From the NCBI GenBank assembly GCA_934169925.1, contig CAKPOO010000004.1:65604-129603 (forward strand): 64,000 nucleotides of DNA, read 5' to 3'. Origin of the DNA: an uncultured Clostridia bacterium (GTDB lineage Bacteria > Bacillota > Clostridia > TANB77 > CAG-465). The notes beneath the pieces were generated by a model. The model did not search any database. It was given only the letters and a program-made list of their open reading frames with translations, and had not been told where the DNA came from. This document shows, in pieces, positions 9,416 through 20,575 of the stretch; position 1 is the stretch's first letter, and each line of letters begins with the position of its first letter. The translations under genes were made by a program, and so were the position numbers.

Positions 9416-10060
9416 TTATATCTTGTTTATGAAATAATCTTTAAATTCTTCTGACTCAATACTTGTTTTACAATGTAACATTTTATAGATTAATTTTGTT
9501 GCATTTAAATTTATAAGAAATACATTTATCATTACTAAACTTTGTATTTTTATATCTTTAATTACAAAAAAACATAAAATATATACAATACCCAAAGATA
9601 AACTAGCAAATATTCTTAATTTTTTTCTTTTACTTTCTTTTAAAATAGGTACTTCTTCTGTATCTGCTGGTGCTCTTTTTATTATTATATAACCAGAAAA
9701 TATAAGATTAACTATATAAAAAATATATAATAAATACTGTGGTATAGTTATAAATTTTACTAACAAACATGGAAAAATAAAAAACATAGTTGATAATACT
9801 AAACATAAAATATTAGTCCTTGCATGTGCTCCTCCAATGAAACTCTTGTATATAAAATTTATAATAATAGAGACTAATAAAAATGGTAATATTTTTAGTA
9901 AGTATGAAATAATAAATATTACTAAAATTTTTGGTATATCTTCTATTATTCGAGTTACTCCAAAATTCATTATTTCTTTTTGCTCATTACTTACATTTTC
10001 TCCTTTATATAAGTAATTACAAACTATATAATCACTTACTTTTTCTATCATTCCTACCAC
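9416..10060 (-). CDS. agrB: AgrB, the AgrD-processing membrane peptidase
   Basis: FIGGAHARTNILC motif (AgrB His/Cys catalytic pair); polytopic. Probable true start is MIEK at 10051, with RBS GGTGGTAGG. Confidence 0.85.
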   Translation of the reverse strand: MVGMIEKVSDYIVCNYLYKGENVSNEQKEIMNFGVTRIIEDIPKILVIFIISYLLKILPFLLVSIIINFIYKSFIGGAHARTNILCLVLSTMFFIFPCLLVKFITIPQYLLYIFYIVNLIFSGYIIIKRAPADTEEVPILKESKRKKLRIFASLSLGIVYILCFFVIKDIKIQSLVMINVFLINLNATKLIYKMLHCKTSIESEEFKDYFINKI

Positions 10061-10105
10061 CGTAAATAATTATATATCAAAAATTTTTCACTTCTTATTT
10101 TTTAA

Positions 10106-10135
10106 TTTGAATTGTATTTCTTACTATTTGAATTG
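10106..10135. promoter_or_regulatory. Putative LytTR (AgrA-type) binding box upstream of agrB
   Basis: Two perfect 9-bp direct repeats TTTGAATTG (10106-10114 and 10127-10135) separated by 12 bp, 46-75 bp upstream of agrB. Followed by TATAAT on the agrB strand. Confidence 0.5.
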
Positions 10136-10225
10136 ATTATTTTTTTCATTCAAATAAAAAAATTATACTTTTAAATAAAAAAAGAAAAGTACCACCTAAA
10201 TGATACTCTTCTTATATATTTTTTA

Positions 10226-11845
10226 TTATTGTATATTTAAAAATTCTTCTAAACAAAGTCCTGATTTTGTAACTTCTTGTGCCTTTTTTGTACCTAAATA
10301 CCTAATATGCCAAGGTTCATAAATATACCCTGTTATATTTTCTTTTCCTTTTACGTACCTTATAATAAATCCAAATCTATCACAATTTTTCGCTAACCAT
10401 TTTCCCTCTTTTGTATCTGCAAAATTTTCTTCAATTGAACATATATCAAATGCAAGTCCTGTTTGATGTTCAGATGTACCAGGCTTTGCTGATATTACAC
10501 TTGCATAATCTTCACCGTAAAGTTTAACATACTTTTGATATAGGCCCGCTTGAAGTGAATATGACCTATACGAAGATATTATATTTAAATTTATCCCCTC
10601 ATTTGCTGCTGCAACTTTCATATCATTAAATGCCATAAGCGCTGTTTGATTTACACCGGGTGCAAAATCAGCAGGCAAATAATATTTTTTATTTGCAACT
10701 AATATTCCATCAACATATGTAATACCTGGAAAGTTATATTTTTCTGGGGCTGGATAAACTTTTTCATTACTAACAGATATAACTTTTGAAATTATAGGTT
10801 CACTTTTTGTTTTTACAGTTATATTACAAGTTCCTGCTGTGTGTAATGTAATTTTCCCATCTTCTACAGTTGCAATATTTTCATTATCGCTACTCCATTC
10901 AAGTTCTGTATTTGATGCATTTTCTGGTATAGGCGTTGCTTTTATTGTTACACTTTGACCAGGAGTTAATATAACAGAATTAGAACTTAATAAAATATCA
11001 GATACTACTTCGTTAATTTTTAAATCTATATTTTTTTCAATACTACCATTAGATAAAGTAATTACAGTATCTCCTGCTTGTTTACTAGATATTTTATTTC
11101 CATTAATATCAACTATATTAGAACTTGAAATGCAAGTAATAGCTACATCTGTTGCATTTTCTGGATATAGTTTATAATTTAATTCTAACTCTTGCAATTT
11201 ATTCATAACTAATTTATCATTTTCCACAGTTATATCTTTTAATGGAATATATGTAATAACAAAATATGCCTCATCAACAGTGATATCAACATTTACTTTA
11301 ACTTTACCGTTATCTACTTCTGCAGATTTTTGATATAAATTTAAATTTCCATTTTCATATTTGTATATATCAACGTTTTTCTTTTCACGCAAGTACTCTG
11401 GTAAAATAACTGTAATATTTTCAGTTATATATTTACTTGTATTTTTACCAAGTTTAAGTACGTACGAATTAATTTTTTCACCATTAAATTCAAATTCTTT
11501 ATCATAATTTTCTATATCAATATAATTAAAGTTATTAATTTTATTAATAACATACTCATACTTATCGTTGTAGATTATGTATTTCTTATCGCCTTCGTTT
11601 ATTATCTTTTTATTTTTGTTATCAAGTACTAATATTTTAGTATTATTATTAAGAAATATTTTTCCATCTTGTGAACTTCTTAATTTATTATTAAATCTTA
11701 TATTAAATACCAAAAAATACGTTGTAATTGTCAAAATTAAGCAAAGAATAACCAATAGTACTATTGTTACTATCTTTTTATTTCTTTTTACTTTATTTTC
11801 TTTTTTAGCATCTTTGTGATCTTCTTTTTCCATAACCATCACCAA
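10226..11845 (-). CDS. Membrane-anchored D-Ala-D-Ala carboxypeptidase (VanY/M15 family) with Big_2 Ig-like repeats
   Basis: C-terminal SEHQTGLAFD...EPWHIRY (M15B). Two Ig-like repeats. N-terminal TM anchor. Confidence 0.8.
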   Translation of the reverse strand: MVMVMEKEDHKDAKKENKVKRNKKIVTIVLLVILCLILTITTYFLVFNIRFNNKLRSSQDGKIFLNNNTKILVLDNKNKKIINEGDKKYIIYNDKYEYVINKINNFNYIDIENYDKEFEFNGEKINSYVLKLGKNTSKYITENITVILPEYLREKKNVDIYKYENGNLNLYQKSAEVDNGKVKVNVDITVDEAYFVITYIPLKDITVENDKLVMNKLQELELNYKLYPENATDVAITCISSSNIVDINGNKISSKQAGDTVITLSNGSIEKNIDLKINEVVSDILLSSNSVILTPGQSVTIKATPIPENASNTELEWSSDNENIATVEDGKITLHTAGTCNITVKTKSEPIISKVISVSNEKVYPAPEKYNFPGITYVDGILVANKKYYLPADFAPGVNQTALMAFNDMKVAAANEGINLNIISSYRSYSLQAGLYQKYVKLYGEDYASVISAKPGTSEHQTGLAFDICSIEENFADTKEGKWLAKNCDRFGFIIRYVKGKENITGYIYEPWHIRYLGTKKAQEVTKSGLCLEEFLNIQ

Positions 11846-11911
11846 CTACATTTTACTACAGTATTTTACAAAAATCAAATATATATTACAAAACTCAGCA
11901 ATTAGACAAAA

Positions 11912-11940
11912 AAATAACACCCATATGGATGTTATTTTTA
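11912..11940. terminator. Bidirectional terminator downstream of secY
   Basis: ATAACACCCATATGGATGTTAT hairpin with A/T runs on both sides. Confidence 0.5.
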
Positions 11941-11947
11941 AAACAAA

Positions 11948-13258
11948 CTAATTTAAAAATCCTTTGTAATTTCTGCTTACCATTTGTGTTTCTAAGTTCT
12001 TTAATATTTCTAGTGCAACACTTACTACGATAAGTACTGATGTACCACCAAATGAAATTGAAAGTGTTGTAGCACCTTGTAACAATACAGGTAATACTGC
12101 AATTAATGCTAAGAATAATGCACCAAAAGCAGTTATACTTTTTAATACTTTAGAAATATATTCAGATGTATTTTTACCAGCTCTAATTCCTGGTATAAAT
12201 CCACCATTTTTCTTTAATTGATTTGCTATTTCTACTGGATTAACCATAAATGTTGTATATACGAAAGTAAATGCAACGATTAATCCCATGTATATTAAAG
12301 CATATGCTAGTAAATAATACCATGCATTACCTTGAGATGCTGTAAATACTTTGTATACACCTCCCCAGAACCCTGTTGGATTTCCACCACTACAAAGTGA
12401 AATAATTGTACTTGGGAACATCATAAATGACATAGCAAATATTATTGGCATAACGCCTGCCATTGCAACTTTTATTGGAATGTGAGTGTTTTGACCACCA
12501 TACATTTTTCTTCCAACAACACGTTTTGCATAATTTACTGGTATTTTACGTTCAGCTTGTTGAACATAAATTACACCTGCAATTATAACAATAATAGCAA
12601 GTACAAGAGCAATAACAACTAAAACATTAGTTATACCGCCACTTGCAAAACTAAATAGTGCAGTTGCACCACTTGGAATACGTGATATTATACCTATGAA
12701 TACAATTATTGAAATACCATTTCCAACACCATATTCAGTTATTTTATCACCAAACCAAGTAAGTAGAGCAGTTCCTGCCATAAGAGATCCTATAAACAAG
12801 AACACACCTAATACTTTTCCAGCACCAAAAGTTAAATAAGGTAATAAATATGCTTTATATGTTAAATATAATCCTAAAGCTTCTATAAAAGCAAAAGCAA
12901 TAGTTAAATATTTAGTATATTTAGCAATTCTTTTTCTACCTTCTTCTCCTTCTTTAGCAAGTCTTTCAAGACTTGGTATTACAACTTGTAAAAGATTTAA
13001 TACAATTGATGCTGTAATGTAAGGACCTATTGTCATAGCAAATATTGATAATCTACTAAAAGATCCACCAGATATTAAATTAATTGTTCCAACTAAACCA
13101 TTTGATGCTGCTCCAACTTGCTCCATAAATAGAGTTTTGTTAATACCTGGAACAGTAATAAATGATCCTAATCTAAATAAAAGTATTAAAAATAAAGTAA
13201 TTAATACCTTTTTTCTCATTTCTTTATCGGCGAAAATGTTCTTGAAGGTTTGTAGCAT
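11948..13258 (-). CDS. secY: Preprotein translocase subunit SecY
   Basis: 436 aa, 10 TM, conserved SecY sequence. Confidence 0.97.
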   Translation of the reverse strand: MLQTFKNIFADKEMRKKVLITLFLILLFRLGSFITVPGINKTLFMEQVGAASNGLVGTINLISGGSFSRLSIFAMTIGPYITASIVLNLLQVVIPSLERLAKEGEEGRKRIAKYTKYLTIAFAFIEALGLYLTYKAYLLPYLTFGAGKVLGVFLFIGSLMAGTALLTWFGDKITEYGVGNGISIIVFIGIISRIPSGATALFSFASGGITNVLVVIALVLAIIVIIAGVIYVQQAERKIPVNYAKRVVGRKMYGGQNTHIPIKVAMAGVMPIIFAMSFMMFPSTIISLCSGGNPTGFWGGVYKVFTASQGNAWYYLLAYALIYMGLIVAFTFVYTTFMVNPVEIANQLKKNGGFIPGIRAGKNTSEYISKVLKSITAFGALFLALIAVLPVLLQGATTLSISFGGTSVLIVVSVALEILKNLETQMVSRNYKGFLN

Positions 13259-13259
13259 A

Positions 13260-13700
13260 CTACTTCACCTCTATCTTTCCACCTGCAGCTGTAATTTTTT
13301 CTTCAGCAGATTTAGAGAATTTTTTAGCTTCAACAGTTAATTTTTTAGTTAGATTTCCGTTACCTAAAACTTTTAATCCATCTAATTCTTTACTTACTAA
13401 GCCTTTTTCCATTAATAAATCAATTGTTACAACTGTATCATTGTCAAACATTTCTAAATCAGAAACGTTAACACATGCATATTCAACTGCAAAATGATTT
13501 TTAAATCCTCTTTTAGGAATTCTTCTATATAAAGGTGTTTGGCCTCCTTCAAAGCCTCTTCTGATTTTTCCACCAGTTCTAGCTTTTTGACCTTTATGAC
13601 CTTTTCCTGCTGTTTTACCTAAACCACTACCTGTTCCTCTACCAACTCTTGTAGCTTTAGTAGTAGCTCCATATGCTGGACCTAAATCATGCATTTTCAT
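13260..13700 (-). CDS. rplO: 50S ribosomal protein L15
   Basis: Sequence and operon position. Confidence 0.95.
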   Translation of the reverse strand: MKMHDLGPAYGATTKATRVGRGTGSGLGKTAGKGHKGQKARTGGKIRRGFEGGQTPLYRRIPKRGFKNHFAVEYACVNVSDLEMFDNDTVVTIDLLMEKGLVSKELDGLKVLGNGNLTKKLTVEAKKFSKSAEEKITAAGGKIEVK

Positions 13701-13736
13701 AATTTGAAGTCTCCTCCTCTCTATTTTAAGTATATA

Positions 13737-14228
13737 TTATTTTAAAATTTCTTCTACTGTTTTTCCTCTTAAAGCTGCAACTTCTTCAGGTGTTCTCATA
13801 GCTTTTAATGCTTTAATTGTTGCATAAACAACATTTCTGCTGTTACGAGAGCCTAAAGTTTTTGCTGTAACATTTTTAACACCTACTAGTTCAAGAACTG
13901 GTCTTACAGCACCACCTGCGATAACACCTGTACCTTCAACTGCTGGTTTTAATATTACTTTTGATGATCCAAAATTAGTAGTGTATTCATGTGGTAAAGT
14001 TCCATTAACGATTGAAACTTTTACTAAATTTTTTCTTGCATCTTCAGTTGCTTTTTTTATAGCTTCTGGAACTTCTGAAGATTTACCAGTTCCAACACCA
14101 ATAGATCCTTTTCCGTCTCCAACAACAACCATTACGCTAAATCTAAAAGTTCTACCACCTTTAACAACTTTTGCAACTCTTTTTACACTAACAACTTTTT
14201 CTTTTAATTCTTGTTTGTTTTCAGTCAT
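13737..14228 (-). CDS. rpsE: 30S ribosomal protein S5
   Basis: Sequence. Only 36 nt separate it from rplO, so there is no rpmD. Confidence 0.95.
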   Translation of the reverse strand: MTENKQELKEKVVSVKRVAKVVKGGRTFRFSVMVVVGDGKGSIGVGTGKSSEVPEAIKKATEDARKNLVKVSIVNGTLPHEYTTNFGSSKVILKPAVEGTGVIAGGAVRPVLELVGVKNVTAKTLGSRNSRNVVYATIKALKAMRTPEEVAALRGKTVEEILK

Positions 14229-14249
14229 TTTATTGGTTACTCCTTTCTA

Positions 14250-14609
14250 CTAGAATTTAAGACCTGCTTCTCTTGCAGATTCTGCTAAAGCTTTTACTTT
14301 TCCGTGATATAAATATCCATTTCTATCAAATACTACTGTATCTATTTTATTTTCAATAGCACGTTTTGCAACTAATGCACCAACTTCTTTAGCTGCTTCT
14401 ATATTAGAAGCTTTTGTTTTAACTTCTTTATCTAAAGTTGAAGCTTGTACTAAAGTAACTTGTTTTTCATCATCAATAATTTGTGCATATATGTTATTTA
14501 AACTTCTAAATACACATAATCTTGGTCTTATAGAAGTTCCTTTAACTGTTGCTCTAACTCTTTTTTGTCTAGTAGATCTTGCAACGTTTTTGCTTACTTT
14601 TTTGATCAT
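14250..14609 (-). CDS. rplR: 50S ribosomal protein L18
   Basis: Sequence and order. Confidence 0.95.
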   Translation of the reverse strand: MIKKVSKNVARSTRQKRVRATVKGTSIRPRLCVFRSLNNIYAQIIDDEKQVTLVQASTLDKEVKTKASNIEAAKEVGALVAKRAIENKIDTVVFDRNGYLYHGKVKALAESAREAGLKF

Positions 14610-14636
14610 GTAAGTTTCCCTCCTTTTATTTTAGGT

Positions 14637-15173
14637 TTACTTTTTACCGCCAGCTTTACCTTCTTTTCTTCTTATATGTTCGCCAACGTATTTAATACCT
14701 TTACCCTTATATGGTTCTGGTAATCTATATTCTCTAATATTTGCAGCAACTTGACCAACTAATTGTTTGTCAATACCTTTTACAATAATAGAGTTTTGTG
14801 ATGGTACATCAATAGTTATTCCTTCAGGAGCTTCTACTTCAACTGGGTGAGAGAAACCTAAAGTTAATACTAATTTATTACCTTGTTTTTGTGCTCTATA
14901 TCCAACACCATTGATTTCTAATGCTTTTTCAAAGCCATCAGTTACACCAACAATCATGTTATGAATTAAAGTTCTTGTTAAGCCATGAATGTTAGAAGCT
15001 TTTTCGTTTACTAAAGAAACAATTATTTTTCCATCTTCATTTTTGATTTCTACATCTTTTAAAAATTCTTGAGTTAGAGTTCCTTTTGGTCCTTTAACTG
15101 TAACTTTTGTTCCATCTATTGTAACTTCAACGCCTTGTGGTATTGTAATAGGGTTTTTACCTATTCTTGACAT
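14637..15173 (-). CDS. rplF: 50S ribosomal protein L6
   Basis: Sequence and order. Confidence 0.95.
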   Translation of the reverse strand: MSRIGKNPITIPQGVEVTIDGTKVTVKGPKGTLTQEFLKDVEIKNEDGKIIVSLVNEKASNIHGLTRTLIHNMIVGVTDGFEKALEINGVGYRAQKQGNKLVLTLGFSHPVEVEAPEGITIDVPSQNSIIVKGIDKQLVGQVAANIREYRLPEPYKGKGIKYVGEHIRRKEGKAGGKK

Positions 15174-15197
15174 GGTACTTCCTCCCTTTCTATAAAA

Positions 15198-15587
15198 TTA
15201 CCATATATATGCTAATACTTCGCCTGCAACATTTTGTTTTCTAGCTTCTTTATCAGTCATAACGCCTTTAGAAGTAGAGATTATTGCAATACCTAATCCA
15301 TTAAGAACTCTAGGTAATTCTTCAACACTTGCATATATTCTAAGTCCTGGTTTACTAATTCTTTTTAAACCTTGGATAACTCTTGTTTTGTTTTGATATT
15401 TCAAAGCTAATCTGATTGTTTGGTGATTTCCATCTTGTAAAATATCTTTAGATTCTACAAAACCTTCAGAAACCAATATATCAGCTATTGAATTTTTAAC
15501 TTTTGAATAAGGAATATCAACGCTTGCTTTTCTTTGAGCGTTAGCATTTCTTATTCTTGTTAACATGTCTGAAATTGGATCGTTCAT
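15198..15587 (-). CDS. rpsH: 30S ribosomal protein S8
   Basis: Sequence and order. Confidence 0.95.
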   Translation of the reverse strand: MNDPISDMLTRIRNANAQRKASVDIPYSKVKNSIADILVSEGFVESKDILQDGNHQTIRLALKYQNKTRVIQGLKRISKPGLRIYASVEELPRVLNGLGIAIISTSKGVMTDKEARKQNVAGEVLAYIW

Positions 15588-15602
15588 TTTTTACCTCCTT
15601 CT

Positions 15603-15788
15603 TTACCAGCTTGCTTTTTTAACTCCTGGTATTTCTCCTTGATATGCTAATTTTCTAAAGCATAGACGGCATATTCCATATTTTCTCATGTAAGAGTGTG
15701 GTCTACCACATATTTTACATCTATTATAATATCTTGTGCTAAACTTTGGTTCTCTTTGTTGTTTAGCTATCATAGATTTTTTTGCCAT
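15603..15788 (-). CDS. rpsZ: 30S ribosomal protein S14, zinc-binding type Z
   Basis: 61 aa with CKICGRPH...CRLCFR. Confidence 0.95.
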   Translation of the reverse strand: MAKKSMIAKQQREPKFSTRYYNRCKICGRPHSYMRKYGICRLCFRKLAYQGEIPGVKKASW

Positions 15789-15800
15789 GTTCTATCCTCC

Positions 15801-16343
15801 TTACTTTTGATGTTCGAATGGCATTCCTAGCATTTCTAATAATGCATAAGCTTCTTCGTTAGTATTTGCAGTTGTTACAAATATAACATCCATTCCTCTA
15901 ACTTTGTCTATTTTATCATATTCAATTTCTGGGAAAATTAATTGTTCTTTTACACCCATAGAGTAATTTCCTCTACCGTCAAAAGATTTTGGATTAACAC
16001 CTTTAAAATCTCTAACGTGTGGAAGTGCTACATTAACAAATTTAGTTAAGAAATCGTACATTTTATCAGCTCTTAAAGTAACTTTACAACCTAAATCCAT
16101 ACCTTCTCTAACTTTAAATGCAGCTATTGATTTTTTAGCTTTAGTAACAATTGGTTTTTGACCTGTTATTAATTCTAAATCTCTCATAGCATTTTCTAAT
16201 GCTTTTGAATTTTCTTTTATATCAGAAACACCCATATTTATAACGATTTTTTCTAATTTTGGAACTGCCATTATAGACTTATATCCAAATTTATCTTTTA
16301 AAGCAGGTCTAATTTCTGATTCATATTTTTCTTTAAGGTTCAT
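15801..16343 (-). CDS. rplE: 50S ribosomal protein L5
   Basis: Sequence and order. Confidence 0.95.
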   Translation of the reverse strand: MNLKEKYESEIRPALKDKFGYKSIMAVPKLEKIVINMGVSDIKENSKALENAMRDLELITGQKPIVTKAKKSIAAFKVREGMDLGCKVTLRADKMYDFLTKFVNVALPHVRDFKGVNPKSFDGRGNYSMGVKEQLIFPEIEYDKIDKVRGMDVIFVTTANTNEEAYALLEMLGMPFEHQK

Positions 16344-16359
16344 TTATTTTTTCCCTCCT

Positions 16360-16680
16360 TTACTTTTCTTCTTGACATTTCTTGCAGAATCTTGCTTTTG
16401 TACCATCTTCTGCTACTTTTATTCCTAATTTAACACCTTTACCGCATTTATCACAGTAATAATTTACTTTAGATGCGTCTAGTGCTGCTTCTTTCTTTAT
16501 AATTCCAGATTCTTGTCCTTGTTTTCTAGCTTTTACATGCATAGTTCTTACATTGATTCCTTTAACGATAACTTTAGCATTTTTTCTATCAATTTTTATT
16601 ATTTCGCCTTTTTTACCTTTTTCAGAACCTGAGTTAACTACTACTGTATCGCCAACTTTAAGTTTCATTTTTGCTACCAC
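16360..16680 (-). CDS. rplX: 50S ribosomal protein L24 (KOW) with a C-terminal CxxC...CxxC segment
   Basis: KVGDTVVVNSGSEKGKKG KOW motif. C-terminal YYCDKCGKG...RFCKKCQ. Start is probably GTG 16680 or ATG 16668, after RBS GGAGGTG. Confidence 0.9.
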   Translation of the reverse strand: MVAKMKLKVGDTVVVNSGSEKGKKGEIIKIDRKNAKVIVKGINVRTMHVKARKQGQESGIIKKEAALDASKVNYYCDKCGKGVKLGIKVAEDGTKARFCKKCQEEK

Positions 16681-16697
16681 TTCATTCACCTCCAAGA

Positions 16698-17063
16698 TTA
16701 TAGAACTTCTGGTGCTAAAGAAATGATTTTCATGTATTCATTTCTTAATTCTCTTGCAACAGGTCCAAAGATACGAGTTCCTTTTGGAGTCTTATCTTCT
16801 TTAATGATAACTGCTGCATTTTCATCAAATTTAATATAAGAACCGTCATCACGTCTTAATCCTTCTTTTGATCTAACGATAACTGCTTTAACAACATCAC
16901 CTTTTTTTACAGATCCACCTGGTGCAGCTTTTTTTACAGAAGCTACGATAACATCACCAATGTTACCCCATTTTCTGTAACTTCCGCCTAAAACACGGAT
17001 ACACATAAGTTCTTTTGCTCCAGTGTTGTCAGCTACTTTTAACAATGTTTGTTGTTGTATCAT
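16698..17063 (-). CDS. rplN: 50S ribosomal protein L14
   Basis: Sequence and order. Confidence 0.96.
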   Translation of the reverse strand: MIQQQTLLKVADNTGAKELMCIRVLGGSYRKWGNIGDVIVASVKKAAPGGSVKKGDVVKAVIVRSKEGLRRDDGSYIKFDENAAVIIKEDKTPKGTRIFGPVARELRNEYMKIISLAPEVL

Positions 17064-17096
17064 GGATTAGTCCTCCCTTCAAACTAATTTAATATA

Positions 17097-17351
17097 CTAT
17101 TTAACTTTTTCCACAATTCTAACTAGTCTATATCTTTTATCTTTGCTTAGTGGTCTAGTTTCCATTACTTCTACGATATCACCTATACTACAAGTATTTT
17201 CTTCATCGTGAGCTTTTATTTTTAAAGTTTTGTTAACAATTTTTCCATATAAAGGATCTTTAACTTTAGTGTCTATTCTTACAACTATAGTTTTATCCAT
17301 TTTATTACTAACAACTTTACCTATTTTTGTTTTTCTTAAATTTCTTTCCAT
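17097..17351 (-). CDS. rpsQ: 30S ribosomal protein S17
   Basis: Sequence and order. Confidence 0.95.
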   Translation of the reverse strand: MERNLRKTKIGKVVSNKMDKTIVVRIDTKVKDPLYGKIVNKTLKIKAHDEENTCSIGDIVEVMETRPLSKDKRYRLVRIVEKVK

Positions 17352-17381
17352 AAGTCTAGTTTAATCCTCCTTACCACTAAT

Positions 17382-17579
17382 CTATTTTGATTTTTTTGTC
17401 AATTCTGTATTAGCTCTTGCAATATTCTTTTTAAGAATAGTAATTTTTTTAGGGTTATCAAGACCATTTAAAGCATGTTGAAATCTTAATTTGAAAAGTT
17501 CATTTTTCATTTCTTTGATTTCTTTTTGTAATTCTTCTACTGACATATTTACATAATCATTCATTTTACTAGATTTCAT
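17382..17579 (-). CDS. rpmC: 50S ribosomal protein L29
   Basis: [13 protein letters not shown] core. The annotated start at 17609 overlaps rplP; an internal Met is more likely. Confidence 0.85.
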   Translation of the reverse strand: MKSSKMNDYVNMSVEELQKEIKEMKNELFKLRFQHALNGLDNPKKITILKKNIARANTELTKKSK

Positions 17580-17583
17580 TAGT

Positions 17584-18021
17584 CTACTCCCCCTTTTCTT
17601 CTTGCTCAACTTGGCTAGCTTTGCTTACAATTTTACATTTAATTGGTAATTTATGCATAGCTTTTGTTAAAGCTTCTTTACTTGTTTCTTCACTTAAACC
17701 AGTAATTTCAAATAAAATTCTACCTGGTTTTACAACTGCTACGAAATACTCTGGATTTCCTTTACCAGAACCCATACGAGTTTCAGCTGGTTTTTTAGTT
17801 ATTGGTTTATCTGGAAATATTTTTATCCAAGTTTTACCAACTTTTTTTGTATATCTTGATAAAGTTACTCTGACTGCTTCAATTTGATTTGCAGTTATCC
17901 AAGCAGGTTCTAAAGCTTGTAAACCGTATTCTCCGTCAACAACTCTAGTTCCTCTAGTTGCTTTACCATTATTAGTACCTTTTTGTACTTTTCTAAATTT
18001 AGTTCTTTTTGGTGACAACAT
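17584..18021 (-). CDS. rplP: 50S ribosomal protein L16
   Basis: Sequence and order. Confidence 0.96.
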   Translation of the reverse strand: MLSPKRTKFRKVQKGTNNGKATRGTRVVDGEYGLQALEPAWITANQIEAVRVTLSRYTKKVGKTWIKIFPDKPITKKPAETRMGSGKGNPEYFVAVVKPGRILFEITGLSEETSKEALTKAMHKLPIKCKIVSKASQVEQEEKGE

Positions 18022-18023
18022 CT

Positions 18024-18680
18024 TTAGTTACCTCCTTTTTCTGTTTTTTTAGCTGGAAGTACTTCACCTTTATATATCCAAACTTTAACACCGATAATAC
18101 CGTATGTAGTTAATGCTTCAGCAAAACCATAATCGATATCTGCTCTTAAAGTTTGAAGAGGAATTGTACCTTCGCTATATTGTTCAGTTCTAGCTATTTC
18201 AGCTCCTCCTAAACGACCAGATACAGCTGTTTTTATTCCTAAAGCTCCAGCTTTCATTGTTCTTTGAATAGAAGATTTCATTGCTTTTCTAAATGAAATT
18301 CTTTTTTCAAGTTGAGTTGCAATGTTTTCAGCAACAAGTTGAGCTGCTAAATCAACATCTTTAACTTCAACTATATTTAAAGAAATTTCTTTCTTTACTA
18401 ATTTGTTTAATTTTTGTTTTAATTCTTCAATAGCTGCTCCACCTTTACCAATAATCATACCAGGTTTTGCTGCATAGATATCAACAAAAATTTTATCACC
18501 TTTTCTTGAAATATCTAACTTATTTATTCCTGCTGGTTTAAGTAAGTTTTTTAAATATTCACGAATTTTATGATCTTCTACTAAGTTTTTAGAATAATCT
18601 TGTTTATTAGCATACCAAGTTGAAGACCAGTCTTTTATTATTCCGACTCTAAGTCCGTGTGGACTAACTTTTTGACCCAT
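18024..18680 (-). CDS. rpsC: 30S ribosomal protein S3
   Basis: Sequence and order. Confidence 0.96.
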   Translation of the reverse strand: MGQKVSPHGLRVGIIKDWSSTWYANKQDYSKNLVEDHKIREYLKNLLKPAGINKLDISRKGDKIFVDIYAAKPGMIIGKGGAAIEELKQKLNKLVKKEISLNIVEVKDVDLAAQLVAENIATQLEKRISFRKAMKSSIQRTMKAGALGIKTAVSGRLGGAEIARTEQYSEGTIPLQTLRADIDYGFAEALTTYGIIGVKVWIYKGEVLPAKKTEKGGN

Positions 18681-18698
18681 TTAAACTTACCTCCTAAA

Positions 18699-19040
18699 TT
18701 AAGCTTCTTTTAGAACAACTATTATATGAGATGTTCTTTTTCTTATTCTACAAGCTCTACCTTGAGCTCTTGGCATAATTCTTTTCATTGTAGGACCTTG
18801 GTTTGCATATATTTCACTAATATATAGCTTAGTTTCGTCCATAGAATTATTGTTTACTGCATTTGCTTTAGCTGATTTTACTAATTTTTCAACCATAGGT
18901 GCAGCTGCTTTATTTGTATATTTTAAAATTGCTATAGCTTCATCAACTTTTTTACCTCTAATTAAGTCAATAACAATTTTAACTTTTCTTGCACTTATTC
19001 TAGCATTACGTAATTCTGCTCTTGCTATTTTTTCTTCCAT
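18699..19040 (-). CDS. rplV: 50S ribosomal protein L22
   Basis: Sequence and order. Confidence 0.95.
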   Translation of the reverse strand: MEEKIARAELRNARISARKVKIVIDLIRGKKVDEAIAILKYTNKAAAPMVEKLVKSAKANAVNNNSMDETKLYISEIYANQGPTMKRIMPRAQGRACRIRKRTSHIIVVLKEA

Positions 19041-19067
19041 TTTAAGGCTCCTCCTTTTTTAGATTTA

Positions 19068-19346
19068 TTATTTTACTTTTGATTTTTTATCTCCAGCGTG
19101 TCCTCTGAAAAGTCTAGTTGGAGCAAATTCTCCTAATTTATGTCCTACCATTTCTTCAGTAATATATACTGGTACATGTTTTCTACCATCATGTACTGCT
19201 ATTGTATGACCAATCATTTGAGGATATATTGTTGAAGCTCTAGACCATGTTCTTATAGCTTCTTTAGTGTCTGTTTCATTCATTTTTTCTACTTTAGCTA
19301 GTAATCTTTCATCAACGTAAGGTCCTTTTTTAAGCGATCTTGACAT
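19068..19346 (-). CDS. rpsS: 30S ribosomal protein S19
   Basis: Sequence and order. Confidence 0.96.
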   Translation of the reverse strand: MSRSLKKGPYVDERLLAKVEKMNETDTKEAIRTWSRASTIYPQMIGHTIAVHDGRKHVPVYITEEMVGHKLGEFAPTRLFRGHAGDKKSKVK

Positions 19347-19363
19347 ATTTTATACCTCCATTA

Positions 19364-20197
19364 TTATTTTTGATTTCTTCTTTTAACAATGTATTTGTCA
19401 GTTCTATGATTTGTTTTTCTTGTTTTATATCCAAGAGCTGGTTTACCCCAAGGAGTAAGTGGTCCTGCATGACCAACTGGAGCTCTACCTTCACCACCAC
19501 CATGTGGGTGATCAACTGGGTTCATTACACTACCTCTAACAGTAGGTCTTATTCCCATATGTCTAGTTCTACCAGCTTTACCAAGTTTAACATTTTCAGA
19601 TTCTTGGTTACCAACTGTACCAATACAAGCTTTACATTCAACAGAAATAAGTCTCATTTCTCCAGAAGGCATTCTTACATGTGCGTATTTTCCTTCTTTA
19701 GCCATAAGTTGAGCTGACATACCAGCACTTCTTACAAGTTGAGCACCTTTTCCTTTATGTAATTCAATATTATAAATTGTTGTACCTACAGGAATTGAGC
19801 TTATTGGCATACAATTTCCTGGTTTGATATCAGCTTTTTCAGCAGATATAACTTTATCACCATCTGTAAGACCTAAAGGAGCAATGATGTATGCTCTTTC
19901 TCCATCTTCATATTCGATTAAAGCTATATTTGCACTTCTGTTTGGATCATATTCGATACCAATTACAGTTGCTTCCATATCAACTTTATTTCTTTTAAAA
20001 TCAATTATTCTATATTTTCTTCTGTTTCCACCACCATGATGTCTTACAGTTATTTTACCAGAAGCGTTTCTACCTGCAGTTTTCTTTAAAGGAGCAAGTA
20101 ATTTTTTTTCTGGTTCAAATTTTGTAATTTCATCGTTAGTTAACATAGTTGTGTTTCTAAGTGATGGAGTAACTGGTTTAAATGTTTTTATTCCCAT
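19364..20197 (-). CDS. rplB: 50S ribosomal protein L2
   Basis: Sequence and order. Confidence 0.97.
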   Translation of the reverse strand: MGIKTFKPVTPSLRNTTMLTNDEITKFEPEKKLLAPLKKTAGRNASGKITVRHHGGGNRRKYRIIDFKRNKVDMEATVIGIEYDPNRSANIALIEYEDGERAYIIAPLGLTDGDKVISAEKADIKPGNCMPISSIPVGTTIYNIELHKGKGAQLVRSAGMSAQLMAKEGKYAHVRMPSGEMRLISVECKACIGTVGNQESENVKLGKAGRTRHMGIRPTVRGSVMNPVDHPHGGGEGRAPVGHAGPLTPWGKPALGYKTRKTNHRTDKYIVKRRNQK

Positions 20198-20208
20198 TTT
20201 ATTCCCCC

Positions 20209-20574
20209 CTAGTTATTACTTCCAAAAGCTGAACTAATTTCTTCGATTTCAGTTTTATATTTTTTATTTGTTTTAGTTTCTTTTCCACCTTTTGCAAGAT
20301 ATTTTTCATCTGATGGATTAGTATCAATTGCAACTATAGCTTTTTTCCAAGCTTTAGTTGTTCCTTGGTGTACTCCAACTCTTTTATTTTTTCCATCATA
20401 TCTTAAAGTATTTACTTTTAATACTTTAACATTAAATAATTCTTCTACTGCATTTTTGATTTCAACTTTTGTAGCATTTATAGCAACTTCAAAAGTATAT
20501 TTTCCATCTGCAATAGCTGCATAAGACTTTTCAGTCATTATAGGTCTTATTATAACGTCTGCTGCATGTTTCAT
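20209..20574 (-). CDS. rplW: 50S ribosomal protein L23 with a ~25-aa Lys-rich C-terminal extension
   Basis: L23 core plus a [18 protein letters not shown]... tail. Confidence 0.9.
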   Translation of the reverse strand: MKHAADVIIRPIMTEKSYAAIADGKYTFEVAINATKVEIKNAVEELFNVKVLKVNTLRYDGKNKRVGVHQGTTKAWKKAIVAIDTNPSDEKYLAKGGKETKTNKKYKTEIEEISSAFGSNN

Positions 20575-20575
20575 A

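Noticed and set aside
11577-11819. Plus-strand ORF inside the VanY carboxypeptidase gene
   Set aside because: Antisense to a domain-supported CDS.
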